From the human T2T-CHM13v2.0 reference genome, Homo sapiens: DNA of 64,000 bases. The position numbers and the translations under genes were made by a program. The number at the start of each line of letters is the position of its first letter. The stretch's first letter is position 1. Of this stretch, positions 25,770-40,293 are shown piece after piece. The notes beneath the pieces are model-generated. The model was not told the origin of the DNA. It worked only from the letters and a program-made list of their open reading frames with translations, and did no database searches. The stretch lies in NCBI RefSeq assembly GCF_009914755.1, contig NC_060944.1, one strand, 5' to 3'.

Positions 25770-27096
25770 AGTGATTAAAGCCCTTAGGGTGTCATAAGCA
25801 TGTTATTAAAAATAACTTTCTATATGGAACTATAAACGATCTTGAATAGTCAAAGCACCCTTGACCAAAAAAAAAAAAAGTTGAAGGCAGTTGGAAGCAC
25901 TATACTACCTGACTTCAAAATATACTACAAAGCTATAGTAACCAAAATAGCATGGTATTGGCATAAAAACAGGCACATGGACCATCGGAGCAGAAGAGAG
26001 AACCCAGAAATAAATCCATGCATCTACAGCCAACTAATTTTTGACAAAGGTGCCAAGAAAACACATTGGGAAAAGGATAGTCTATTCAATAAATGGTGCC
26101 GGGAAAATTGGATACCCACATGCAGAAGAATGAAACCTGACACTTATCTTTCACCAAATACAAGAATCAACTCAAAGTGGATTAAAGACTTAAGTGTGAA
26201 ACTCAAAACTATAAAATTACCAGAAGAAAACATAGAGGAAATGCTTCATGACATGAATTGGACAAGGGTTTTCTGCATAAGACCTCAAAAGCACAGGCAA
26301 TCAAAGCAAAAATGAACAAATGGGATTACATCAAACTAAAAAGCTTCTGAACAGCAAAGGAAACAATCAACAAAGAGATAATCTACGGGAAATATTTGCA
26401 AACCATACATCTGACATTCTTGTGATATAGTCATGGTATATTCCTGAATCGGTGGCTCACATGATATATTCTTGTAACATACTCATGACATGTAAAAAAC
26501 TCAACTCAATAGGAAAAATACCTAATTTTAAAATGGGAAAAAGACTTTAATAGACATTAGAAATAAGACATATAATGAGCCAACAGTTATCTTTAAAAAA
26601 TGTCCAACATCTCTAATCATCAGGGAAATGCAAATCAAAACAATGATGAGATATCCCCTCACTCCAGTTAGAATGACTATCATCGAAAAGACAAATGAAA
26701 AGACGTGTTGGCAAGGATGGGGAGAAAAGAGAACACTTACACACTGTTGATAGAAATGTAAATTAGTACAGCCATTATAGAAAACAGTATGGAGATTCCT
26801 CAAAAAACTAAAAATAGAACTACCACATGATCCAGCAATTTTACTACTAGATATACCTCCAAAGGAAATGAAATTAGTATATCAAAGAGATATCTCCATT
26901 CCCATATTTACTGCAGCTCTATTCACAAGAGCGAAGATATGAAATCAATCTAAGTGTCTAACAGCAGATGGATGGATAAAGAATATGTTGTATATGAACA
27001 CAAACGGAGTACAATTTGCCATAAAAATAATGAAATCCTGTCATTTTGACAACATGGATGAGCCTGGGAAACATTATGTTACATGAAATGAGCCAC

Positions 27097-27303
27097 CTAG
27101 TGTGGTGGTTCACACCTATAATCCCAGCACTTTGGGAGGCTGAGGTGGGAGGATTGCTTGAGTCCAGAAGTTTGAGACCAGCCTGGGCTACAGTGAGATG
27201 TCATCTCTACAAAAATATTTAAAATATTAAATTAAAAAAAAAGAGCAGATGTGGTGGTACGCACCTGTAGTCCCAGCTACTCAGGAGGCTAAGGCGGAAA
27301 GGA
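27097..27303 (+). mobile_element. AluJ, truncated within the right arm
   Basis: Left arm, A-rich linker and partial right arm ending at 'ggaggctaaggcggaaaggatt'. No poly-A tail. Confidence 0.88.
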
Positions 27304-27304
27304 T

Positions 27305-29950
27305 TCATATATATATATATGAAATATATATGAAATATACATATGAAATATATATGAAATATACATATGAAATATATATTAAATACACATATATAAAATA
27401 TATATTAAATATACATATATTAAATGTACATATATGAAATATACATGAAATATATATATGAAATATACATGAAATATATATGTGAAATGAAATATATATG
27501 AAATATACATGTGAAATATGTATGAAATATACATATGAAATATATATATGAAATATACACATATGAAATATATATGAAATATACGTATATGAAATACATA
27601 TGAAATATACATATATGAAATACATATGAAATATACATATATGAAATATATATATGAAATATACGTATATGAAATATATATATGAAACATGATATATATG
27701 AAATATATATATGAAACATGATATATACGATACATGTATGAAACATGATATATACGATACATATATGAATCATGATATATACGATATACACATGAAACAT
27801 GATATATATACATGAAACATGATATATATGAAACATATATATGAAACATGATATATATGAAACATGATATATACGAAACATGATATATATGAAACGTGAT
27901 ATATATGAAACATGATCTATATGAAACATATATACGAAACATGATATATATGAAACATATATACGAAACATGATATATATGATATATATATGAAACATGA
28001 TATATATTGTATAAATGAAATATGATACATATTGTATATGAAACATGATATATGAAACATATATGAAACATGATATATATGACATATATGAAACATGATA
28101 TATATTACATATGAAATATGATATATATGATATATATGAAATATGATATATATGATATATATGAAATATGATATACATGATATATATGAAATATGATATA
28201 CATGATATATATGAAATATGATATATATGATATATCTATGTAATATGATATATATGATATATCTATGCAATATGATATATATGATATATATAAGAAATAT
28301 GATATATATGAAATATGATATATATGATATATATGTGAAATATATATATGAAATATGATATATATGATATATAGGAAATATATATATCATACATATGAAA
28401 TATACATTATATATGATATATATGAAATATATATGATATATATGACATATATATGAAATATATATGATATATATGACATATACATGAAATATATATGATA
28501 TATATGACATATACATGAAATATATATATGAAATACGTATGAAATATATACATGAAATATATGTATAAAATACGTATGAAATACATATATGAAATATATA
28601 TGACATATATGAAATATACATGAAATATATATGACATATATGACATGTACATGAAATATATATGACATGTACATGACATATATGTGACATATATACATGA
28701 CATATACATGACATATACATATGAGATATATATGAGATATACATATGAGATATATATATGAGATATACATATGAGATATGAGATATACATATGAGATACA
28801 TATGAGATATATGAGATATACATATGAGATATATATGAGATATATGAGATATACATATGAGATATATATGAGATATATTTGAGATATATATGATATATAT
28901 GAGATATGAGATATATATTATATATGAGTTATATATGAGATATATATGATATATATGAGATATATATGAGATACATATGATATATATGAGATATATATGA
29001 TATATGAGATATATATGATATATATGAGATATATATGAGATATATGCTATATATGAGAGATATATGCTATAGAGATGAGAGATATATGCTATAGATATGA
29101 GAGATATATGCTATAGATTTGAGAGATATATGCTATATATTTGAAATATATATATGCTATATATTTGAAATATATATATGCTATATATTTGAAATATATA
29201 TGATATATATGATATATTTGATATATATATGAAATTATATATATCATATATATGAAATATATATGATATACATGAAATATATATGATGTATCATATATGA
29301 AATATATATGATATATACATATATGAAATATATATATGATATGTATATATGAAATATATATGATATGTATATATGAAATGTATATGAAATGTATATATGA
29401 AATGTATATGAAATGTATATATGAAATATACATGAAATGTATATATGAAATATACATGAGATATATACATGAAATATACATGAGATATATACATGAAATA
29501 TACATGAGATATATACATGAAATATACATGAGATATATACATGAAATATACATGAGATATATACATGAAATATACATGAGATATATACATGAAATATACA
29601 TGAGAAATATACATGAAATATACATATGAGATATATACATGAAATATACATATGAGATATATACATGAAATATACATATGAGATATATACATGAAATATA
29701 CATATGAGATATATACATGAAATATACATATGAGATATATACATGAAATATACATATGAGATATATACATGAAATATACATATGATATATACATGAAATA
29801 TACATATGAGATATATACATGAAATATACATATGAGATATATACATGAAATATACATATGAGATATATACATGAAATATACATATGAGATATATACATGT
29901 AATATATACATATGAAATATATACATGTAATATAGAAATATATATATTTC
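27305..29950. repeat. AT-rich compound minisatellite array 2 (about 2.65 kb)
   Basis: Blocks of ATATATGAAAT, GAAACATGATATATAT and ATATATGAG; a 24-bp ATGAGATATATACATGAAATATAC block; a 26-bp ATATGAGATATATACATGAAATATAC block. Confidence 0.97.
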
Positions 29951-30454
29951 ATATTGTACCCCATAAATATGTGCAATTATTATATGTCAGTGAAAATTAA
30001 AATTTTTTTTAAAAAAACTTCCTTTATACTCAGCAGATGTAGGGTTAATGTGTTGAAGGAAAAGAAAAGAAGAAGGAAGGAGAAGCACAAAATGGACAGA
30101 ATATTGAGTGTCAGGGTCAGGTTCTCATAAACCACATTCCTCGGTATACATATTGCAATATAATTTGCCAGTGTTACTTTCCTGAAGGACAGCTGAACAC
30201 AGTGCTCTGTTTTTCAGCAGCAGTTGAGGTACCTTGAACCATGAAGAACCCTTGGTATCAGAACATCATGACTTTTCAAACAAAATACAGAAACAGAAGC
30301 TACCAAACATTCACCTTTTCAGTTCATCTGAAAAGCTACCAAGTGAGATTGTTTTTAATGGCACATTTATACCAGGTAATTGTCTGGCATTATTTAAAAA
30401 ATGGGATGAATCTGTTTGTTGACACAGAAAGGGCAACAGGATTACATAGTTACC

Positions 30455-30620
30455 AGGGACACAGACTTTGAAGTCAGATAAACCTGAGTTCAGATCCCAG
30501 CTCTGTTACTTGTAACCTGTGTGATCTTGGGCAAGTTATTCAATGTCCCTACCCTAAGCCCAAACATCTTCATCTGTAAAACATGATAAAAGTATTACTG
30601 CCCATAGGGTCATTTTATGA
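30455..30620 (+). mobile_element. MIR SINE
   Basis: 'agtcagataaacctgagttcagatcccagctctg...tgatcttgggcaagtta...catctgtaaaa'. Confidence 0.8.
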
Positions 30621-33600
30621 CACTACTTTCTTTTGTTTTTAAGTGCGCGTGTGTGTGTATATACGTATACATATATATACACAAACACACATATATACCT
30701 GTATATATATGTACACACATACACAAGGCAAAATGTTGGAAATATATTTTTTAAGGTTTCTGTGTACTTTTCATACTGACCTTGTATTACTTTAGTATAA
30801 TAAAAACATAACTGCAATTAGCTAAAGAGTATACATTCATAAAGAAAGTCCTAGAAGAATGTATATTAAAGAGTTAACAGTTGTCACATCTACAGGTTGG
30901 GAGTCGCGGGCAGACAAGCGGTAAGAAAACTTGCACTTTGGCTTTATGTATTTGGGTAACATTTGAATACTTTTGACAAATGTGTATATATTATTGCTTT
31001 TTTATTTCAAACAAATGAAGGGGAAATGTAAAAGAAATGTAATTAGCATCTCTGTCGCTGCAGCTTTGGTGACTAAGGGCATTTGCGGCAAATGATAGCC
31101 TTGACCATCCTGCCTTCCTTAATTGAGTTCTCTGAAAGCCTTCCACATCATTCAGGCCTTCTTTTTTCCCTGAAATGTTTAGCTTTAACAAAATTCTGAG
31201 TAGAAGCATGACCATGAGTCACAATTACAGGAAGGTTTTATAAATATTATGTAAAAATTACCTAAGGCAACTTGGCCAAAAGTTGCACAAGTGGGCATGA
31301 TTCACCCAAATGATGGAGACGGTATGGTGAACAGAAAAAACTCCCAACAGGTCATTTTGTTTAATATTCCCCCGCATTGCCCACATCCAGAATCTTTGGG
31401 TAAATCTTCACTTTCAAGCAATCCTGAATCCCAGTGGCACTTCATTTTCTGACCACACAAGTTCACAGATGTCACCATAAACTGAACACCTGGTGTTCAG
31501 TTCCCACCACCAGGCACAGGGACCCTCCCTGCACTCTGCCACATGGGAGCCTCCGTGTTGAAGAACGGTTTTTCCCTCTGCATTCAAGCACAATTTTACA
31601 TGAATGATAGAAAAGTCCAGTGGATGCCTGTCTGTAAGCACCAGCAAAAAGAATCATATTTATATCTATGCCCATCATCCATCTAACCCTTCTCTTCAGC
31701 ATTTTCAATAAAATCTCAGTTCTATCAGAACTTCACCTGCAGCTTGCATCCTTCCTTAAACCTTTAACCAGATTCAGCCATTTTTCTCCCTGTCATCATT
31801 TATTTTCACTGCCTCCCAGAAACCCACATTTAGCCTAAGCAAAATGTGCAAAAAAGAACTAAAGGCAATGCACATCTACCCTAAATCCAAGCCTTCCTTG
31901 AGCATTCTGTACTTTCTACTGTGAGACGTTAAACCCGTTTTCTCCACTTCCTTGAGCCTGTTATTTCTGCACTGTTAGACAATTTTCTGCTTTATGTCTC
32001 TCTTGATAGACTTTCAGATTTGGGTCTTATATCTAGCACTGTCTTGCCCATGGCAGATGTTCAATGTCATATATCTTTGTGGAATGAATGACTGAATGGA
32101 CAAATGAATGAGTGAATAATTCTGCCTTTTGCTGCCAAAGACCCATGATCCTTTTAACTCTTACTATCACATGTATCAGTTTTTTGTTGTTGTTGTTGTT
32201 GTTTTTCTGTGAATGTTTTGAAGCAGTCAAATTTGAGTTTGACTCTTAGCCTTATGGCGATGAGCCCTGTGACCCAGGGCCTGTCATTCCTGTTTTTGTA
32301 TAGTACAAAGGAGAAAAAGAAACCTAATTCTCAGGAATATAAGGATTACCTGAGATAATGCTTGTAGCATATCATGCTTAGTAATGTTTCTTTCTGTGTC
32401 TTCCTTCCCTGTAACTAGATAGCTGCTTGTATTACTGGGACTTTTTGGCTGCAGTTGGCCACTACAACCAACTAGTGTGTAGTTGGTTCACATTAACTCA
32501 CTTAAATCCTCATAACAACTTTATGAAGATTATATGTTCATAAAGAACATATTTCTTAGCAGAGGATTTTTGAGTTTCAGATTTATCAAGCATTTATGTA
32601 TGGTATGCTAGGCATTTTCACAGCTTTATCTCATCATGTTGTTGAAATGAGTGTACATTTTTTGTTATTAATATAATTACCTTGTTTCTGTTTAACAGTA
32701 TTTTAGATGTGACTAAAATAGCCATATTCTCATATCCAGTCATTCAGGTTTACACATATAAAATACAGGACACTAAAACTACTGACTTTAAATCTGAATT
32801 TATTGAGAAGTAATAAATTGTAGGAAGTATTCTTCACATTACTAAAGGAATTATTGCAGGTTGGTTAGTTTTAGAAAGAGTTGAATCTCCTTTACTTATC
32901 CATTATTTTTTGGATTTATTAAATCCAACACATTTTATACTTAAAATGTGATTGATTTACAACATTTCAGTTTACCACAACTTTTCAGGAGTGTATATGT
33001 TTGTTGTGTAAGAGCTTGTATTGGCAGAGAAGTGCAAACTTCCCCAACCTGACTGCATTCAAATTGTCTGTGAGATGCTTAACTGAAAAGATTTGATTGC
33101 TTAACTGAAAAGGATAGATCTGGCTTTATGTTCAATTTGCAAATAATTCAGACATCATCATATTAACAGCAACTTGGTTTCTCTCCATCTCAATAACTTG
33201 GCTTCTTCTTCACGTTATGCCTGGCAGCAAGATGGTAGCAACCTTTAGCCAACTTGCTTCCAGGTTCAAATATGAATCCTGGTTTCTTTCCCAGGATTCC
33301 CAGCCTGAGATTCCTTGCATTTCATTGGCTCTGGTTGGGTCACATGCCTATCCCTGAACCAATCAGTAAGACCAAGATATTGTGATGCAGTGATTGACCT
33401 AACTCTAGGTCACTCCACCTTTGACCTGTGGGTGTGGCCCTGCCACTGAAGCGCACAGTCAGAGAGTAGAAAGATTACTGCCAAAAGAATATTGAAAAGT
33501 GAAGAAATAGATGCTGAGAAGCCAATGTTCACCACAGGCACTTCCAAAAGCCTTCACTCAGCAACGTGTTTTGCACAGCTGCTTAAGAGGAGCTTAACAG

Positions 33601-33659
33601 CTTTGAAGCCAATGCAGAAAAACACCAGTGGAGACTGACCTCTTCTAGCATAATTCTGA

Positions 33660-34617
33660 CAGGGCCAGCTACATAATTTTCAGGGTCTAGTGGGAAATGA
33701 AAATGTGAGGTGCCTTGTCCAAAAAGTAGGTGGTAAATGCTGTTAAATGTACCAGGACAGAAAGCTGTTTCCTTTTCTCCATGGCCTCTGAATTTGTCCT
33801 GGTGTCTTTTATTTGCCAATTAATATTGTTCTAAGAAAAAAATAAATTATTAGCATGAATTGTACTGTTTATGTTGTGCAATGTCAGTTTGAATGCAAAT
33901 ATAAGAGCATTTAACTCATGTGCAGTGTCACTGAGATTACCCAATTTGTATTTTGTAGTTCATACGTGCATATGTATTTCATTCTTGCCAGAACATTAGA
34001 AACGCTGAACCAATAACTTTATTTCACTTCTTGATACTTGCACATCCTACCAACACTGTCTACATTTGGCTTACCGATGAGGAAGGAAAAAGTGAAAGGA
34101 AAAAGGGCTCTGGGTTGCCCTATCTTTCCTATCCTTCTGTTTCATCTTCAGCATAAGTGGTTGGCTAGTATAGAGAAGTAAAAAAGGATGTCATTTTTGT
34201 TTCTTAGAACACTGCCTTCAAGGCAAGTTCTGGTTCAAATAAAAAAAAAATTAACCTCTCAAGGCTGTCAGCGTCCCAGCTCCTTCAGCCAAAAATGCAA
34301 GGTGCTTATCTTGTACCCTTTGAGTCTCATTGAACTCTGTGAGGGGTGGGCCCACTGGAATCCTGAGCTCATGGGGCATCGTGAAAGCTATATGCAAACG
34401 AGCAGTAAGGAACTGCAATGTATACTCACACTGCAGGTGTCTCCTCTGCGCACACACATTGTGCCATCAGACTTCACTTACAAAACATAAGTTCAATGAC
34501 AAACCTGTTAAGAGTTTCAGGATGGCCATAGCAGGGCTTTAAACCAAGAGCAACTGCCCCTTTGAACATAGACCCCTGAGCAACTGTGCAGGTCAGATGC
34601 CCATGAAGCTGGCCCCG
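33660..34617 (-). mobile_element. MER45-family (hAT-Tip100) element, about 960 bp
   Basis: Terminal inverted repeats 'cagggccagct' and 'agctggccccg'; both subterminal regions match MER45. Confidence 0.8.
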
Positions 34618-35319
34618 ACTTAGGGAGAAAAAGCACTCCTTGTATGAGCACAGACGTTCTCTGTATTATTCCAGATATTTCAACCCCATCATCACCACCC
34701 AAAATAGACAGAAAAATAAAAGCTGATGCTAAACTCAACAATCTTGCCTATCTGGTTAATTACATGTTGTTCTGCTCCCTAATGCTCCTTTTATATCCAA
34801 CATCATTGAGTTGGTACAGACAGAACTGTGTGGTCCATTTGTTTCCTTGTGGGTAAATGTCCAGAAACAAATCAAGCCACTTTGTGTACCTTTGCTAAAG
34901 TTAGCTAAAGAATACTGGGCATCTGTCTTTGACCGATGGTCCACAAAGGGATGTCTCAGATTGAATGCATCAGGAACAAATCAGCCCTTATTTAGGAAGT
35001 GCCACGTAGCTTCGGCTCAGTGCTGACAACTGTTCTAAACATTTTACAAATTATCTTACTAATCCCCAGGACAACCCCAAAAGGTAAGAAATTATGATTA
35101 TCTCCCATTGTATCGATGGGCAAACTGAGGTACAAAGATTAAACAACATCTGGCAACATAACTAGTAGGCAGCTGTTTAAAAGGCAGTTACAGTGGCCAA
35201 AAAGTCCAGATTATAAGAGAATCAGTCCAGTTTTTCTCACCAGGCATAACACAACCCACCTGAAAAAGGTACACCGTCACTCAGCTCATCTGAAGCCAAT
35301 TGAGGATTCCTCGAGCCCA

Positions 35320-35491
35320 CTGGTTCTCAGCCCTTACTATACATTGTAATCACCGGGCAGCTTTTAGATAGCTGGATGCCTGGCCTCACCCTACACCAAT
35401 GAATCAGAACCTCTAGGGGTGGGACGCAGTCATCAGTCATCTGGAAAGCTCTCTAGGTGATTGCAATGAGTTGCCAAGGTTAAGAACCACG
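35320..35491. mobile_element. MER5A
   Basis: 'tggttctcagcc...gaatcagaacctctaggggtggg...ggttaagaaccac'. Confidence 0.8.
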
Positions 35492-36941
35492 CAAGTCTGG
35501 CCTGTTCTGCCTAGTACAGTGATGACTGACTCCCAGAAAAAGCAGATCCTCCATTTGGGAATGACATATTTTAATATAACCTGCCCACCTCTTCTTTTTT
35601 TTATTGTTTTGCTTGTGTGTTTAAGAAAATACTTATTGCAGCAGAAACAGTACTGATCTTAACATTGGCAGGACCTGGAGCAAGAGCACAAATTGAGGTC
35701 CACGTACATAATTCTCAGTACTTCAACATTACAAAGTAGGGTAAGAAATCGTTAAATAAAATTACTTCTATTCTCCGACCTTGACAAACACACCCACCTA
35801 ACAACAAAATGGAAAACAAAAACAAAAACACATGCGTGAAGCAACAGTTCATACAAATAACTATGGATAGCACAAATTCAACATCAATTGTATATTCTGC
35901 CAAAGACAATGATTTCCTCTTGGGCAGGAGTGGGAATGGGAAGATGGGATTGCAAAGAATTTCTCCCTCCCTCACCAGGTCACACCATCTGGCCTCTTCC
36001 ACTTTCTTGTGAAACTCACAGAAACCATGTTCTTTTCCTCATTTTGAGAGGGGAGATCTTTCACCACCCACCAAGATTCATCTCTTCCCCCACCTTCACC
36101 CCCACGATCTACATACCAGTGAAGAGCCCCAACATCAGGCCATGAGACTTCCCTCACCTCCTTCCACCCAAGCCTAGAACTTCTGCTCATGAGGTGCCAC
36201 AGCCCCCCACCTACACTGACCACACCCCCAACCTTACCCCCTGTTCTTCCTTCCCCTGACTCAGTCCTGCACCCTGAAGGGCCTTAGCCACTCCTTAGGC
36301 TGATGGGGGCACCCGTGGATGAGGCACTCTGGAAGAATGGATCAGGGAAGAGACACGTGCAGCCCTGGGAGAAGACATAGGGATTTAGCAGGAGGGAATT
36401 CCTTCCAGGGTCCTGGTACTGGAAGGCAGCACTAAAGAGAGGGCATGGGCTAAGGCGGGCATGTCCCCTTGACTCCAGACTCCTCACCCCAATGTAGCTC
36501 CAACCCTGGAAGTGGGAGGACATTGCTGGGCACAGGGACCACTCTTGCCCTGAAGACTATGCTAGCCTGAAACCTTGTCTTTCATTGTCTCTGTGGGATC
36601 TTGCAAAGAGCCTAAAGTTGCAAATATCATTTTTATCCCCACTTTGCAGTGAGAAACAGAAGCCTATTAAAGTGAATAACTTTCCAAGATTCTGCACCCA
36701 TTAGATGAGGCCAGGATTTGAATTGAGCTCTCATTCTAAAGCCCATGTCTCTCCCCATCCCTGCTGTCCAAATTGGACCTCTCATACGTGGGTCTCCACA
36801 AAACCCAGTTGCCTGGCAAACCTTCTCCCACTCCCCATACCCACTATGGTCTACTCAGCCTGAACTCACGTTGCCTGTACCAGCAAGCTTCAAAGTGGAG
36901 TATGCATACCATGAAGACTCTGGAGTCAGCCTTGAGGATAG

Positions 36942-37468
36942 TTTTGCTGTTGTTGTTTTGTTTTGGGGTCTTTGAGACACGGTCTCTATATTAGTCCATT
37001 CTCACACTGCTATAAAGAACTTCCTAGAGACTGGGTAATTTATAAAGGAAGGAGGTTTAATTGACTCACAATTCCACCTGGCTGGGGAGGCCTCAGGAAA
37101 CTTCCAATCATGGTGGAAGTGGAAGCAGGCATCCTACATGGTGCCAGGTGACAGAGACAGTGTACATGTGAAGGAGGAACTGTCAAACACTTATAAAACC
37201 ATCAGATCTTGTGAGAACTCACTATCAAGAGAACAGCATGGGCGAATCCCTCCACACATGGGGATTACAATTTGAAATGAGATTTGAGTGGGGACACAGA
37301 GCCAAACCATATCAGTCTCACTCCGTCACCCAGGCTGGAGGGCAGTGGCACAATCATGGCTCACAGTAGTCTCAACCTCCCCAGGTTCAGGTGATCCTCC
37401 CACCTCAGCCTCCTGGAACTACAGATACAGCTAGCTGGGACTACAGGCACATGCCACCACACCCAGCA
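36942..37468 (-). mobile_element. Alu right monomer (FRAM/AluJ), split by a MaLR LTR
   Basis: 'tttgagacacggtctc' resumes as 'gtctcactccgtcacccaggctgg' after the LTR. Confidence 0.88.
36987..37314 (-). mobile_element. MSTA/THE1D MaLR LTR with internal deletion
   Basis: 'tattagtccattctcacactgc...gccaaaccatatca' with a perfect TSD GTCTC. Confidence 0.92.
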
Positions 37469-38189
37469 AAGGAATAGTTTTCTAATTACCAGTTTCCAGG
37501 TTCTCAAATCTCAAACGTGCTCACTCTAAAACTGACCTGAGAACACTCCTTCTGCCCAGGAGCGCTCAAGAATCCTGCATCAACTTTTCCTCTCTCCTCT
37601 TTCATATTTATCCTGTTCCTTCTACACACACAGGCACGTACACACGCACACATGCACACACACAGCCTACTTCTCCCTACCCATAATTTTACTATGGTGT
37701 AACATCCCCAGGTCCAAAAAGTCCAAGGCATCACACAAAAGGATAATTCTCAATACTGGAGTTAAGTGTTAAGAAAATGAATAACCCTACAGTCTAGGGG
37801 ATAAATCCTTCCACAATTCCATTAGTTTCCAATTCTTTGCTTTCAAAAATATTACAGCAAGACCTAATTGAGCTGTCAGCTCATAGATCATTAAGAATAA
37901 ATTTTATGGTAAATCGCCACGCGATTTTTGGCATATAGCTCAGGAGGAGCTTAAATCATTGAGTGGCATTGCTGTAACAAAATTATTTTCAAGTCTATCA
38001 ATTTATTCATGTGTGAACAAGGTTTCTCAGCATTTACATCTATAAAAATGCATAGTAAGAACAGAATTAATGCTGATCCCTGTATCATTAGAACAATAAG
38101 TAATTTCCTCCTTTTAAACAGCCTTTTTTAAGAAGCTCTATCCATCTTATTAAGCAATGTAGTCTAATAAAATGTTACATTTATGCTTA

Positions 38190-38522
<333 letters not shown>

Positions 38523-38631
38523 TTATGTGGCTCAATTATATTAATAACAAATGAATTTCAAATCCAACCTAGAAGAATTTCTTTAGGCACTAAAAATCTG
38601 ACAGTGCTAGAAAAAATATATACCATCTCCA

Positions 38632-38632
<1 letters not shown>

Positions 38633-38669
<37 letters not shown>
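38633..38669 (+). repeat. (TG)n microsatellite
   Basis: Pure TG run. Confidence 0.95.
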
Positions 38670-38673
<4 letters not shown>

Positions 38674-38999
38674 ATATGTTTGCTTGTAGAGAATCATAAC
38701 AGAATGATCAATAAAAGTCTTTGAAGCAGAAATATAAATTTCATTAGAGTAAGACTCTGTATGGAAATTTTTTAAATAGTAACTTCAAAGAAAAAAGAGA
38801 CCATGTAAAATTTTAAATAAGTTTTTATACATTTTTAAATGAATAATGATGGGTTTGAACTCATTGGATCTATTTAAACATACAACTTTTTTATTTTAAA
38901 ATGTCAATATTTATAATATGCCAGAAGTAATATTTTTTGCAAGGATTTGAACTTACAAATGAAAGTTTTGAATGTCAACCTCAAAACGGGTAAACGGGG

Positions 39000-39301
39000 G
39001 GCCAGGTTTGGTGGCTCATGCCTATAATCCCAGTACTTCAGAGGCTGAGGCGGGAAAATCACTCGAACTCAGAAGTTCAAGACCAACCTGGATAATATGG
39101 TGAAACCTCATCTTTACAAAAAATATAAAAACTAGCTGGGTGTGGTGGCACACACCTACATTCCCAGATGCTCGAGAGGCTGAGGTGGGAGGATGACCTG
39201 AGCCTGGGAGGCAGAGGTAGCAGTGAGCCAAGATAGCACCACTGTACTCCAGCCTGGGTGACAGAGCCCAGACCTTGTCTCAAAATTAAAAAAAAAAAAA
39301 A
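39000..39301 (+). mobile_element. AluJ
   Basis: Full dimeric Alu, diverged. Confidence 0.92.
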
Positions 39302-39318
39302 GGTAGAGGGAATTCATG

Positions 39319-39662
39319 TGTTATGAACTAAATGTTTGTGTTCCCCAAAATCCATATGTTGAAATCCTAATCCCCAATGTGATGGTATTAGGAGGTAAGT
39401 CTTTGGGGAGACAATTAGGTTGTGAGAGTGAAGCCCCCATGAATGAGATTAGTATCCTTATAAAAGAGACTCCAGAGAGCTCTCTAGCCCTCCTTCCAAT
39501 GAGAAGACTGGGGTCTGCAACCTGGAAGAGGGTCCTCATCAGAACCTGACCATGCTGACTCCCTGATCTCAGACTCCCAGACTCCAGAACAGGGAGAAGT
39601 CAATTTCTGTTGTTTCTAAGCCACCCAGTCTAGGTATTTTGTTATAGCCCCCTGACTAAGCA
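39319..39662 (+). mobile_element. MLT1A/B MaLR LTR
   Basis: 'tgttatgaactaaatgtttgtgttccccaaaatccatatgttgaaatcctaatcccc...gactaag'. Confidence 0.85.
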
Positions 39663-40293
39663 TAGCTTTTCTAAATAAGCTTGGGGTGATTTGCAAGTAA
39701 AAAACTGTGCCATTCACTTAGTCACCAGTCCCCTCCTTGGGACATGCTCTGGATTCAGGAATTATTTGGCTGACGTATTTGTTGAATTTCCTTCCAGCAG
39801 CATTGTCTCTTCAACTAGACTTGAAGCAAAGAGTCATATGCTTTGCCGTGTCCGCTTTCTCCAAAATATGGAATCAAATTGAGCCCTGACTCTAATGCCT
39901 CTTGATCCACCCTCTTGGAACCCATATATGATCTGAGTTGAAATCTCACATCTGCTGGTTATTACATGTGCACCATGAGCACTTGCTAAGCTTCTTGGGG
40001 TCACAGTTTTCTGCTTCTGTAAAACAGAGACAAGGCCACGCACCTACTGTATCTAAGTTACAGAATTTTTACAAGGCTCAAGTAGGATCATTTTTCCTTT
40101 TAGTTTTAACTCTGATTTTTCAAGTATTAACTTGCAACCTATTCGCCTTGTTCTGAGGTCACAGAGCCTCAAAAAAAAGTAATAAAAATCCCTTCCTGGA
40201 AAAAAAACCAATGAACCCTAAAACAAGTGAACCTATTCCCCTTTTCTTGCACAATAAGCCAAATATGGCCTAAAATTCCTTCACAAAACCCAC

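Larger units (their letters stand above)
25821..30010 (+). mobile_element. L1MA-type 3' portion (ORF2 C-terminal remnant plus 3'UTR), interrupted by an Alu and AT array 2
   Basis: ORF 25842-26315 reads LPDFKIYYKAIVTKIAWYWHKNRH...LFNKWC. The 3' end 'attgtaccccataaatatgtgcaattatt' is at about 29953. Flanks 'aaaataactttc' and 'aaaaaaacttcc' look like a TSD. Confidence 0.85.

Noticed and set aside
25842-26315. 157-aa ORF, plus 54912-55178 and 62703-63551
   Set aside because: Fragments of L1 ORF2 or ORF1, not host genes.
27305-29976. Long minus-strand ORFs of up to 295 aa, rich in Y/I/F/H/S/C/M, open in several frames
   Set aside because: They are translations of the AT tandem array, whose minus strand simply lacks stop triplets. 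There is no coding signature.
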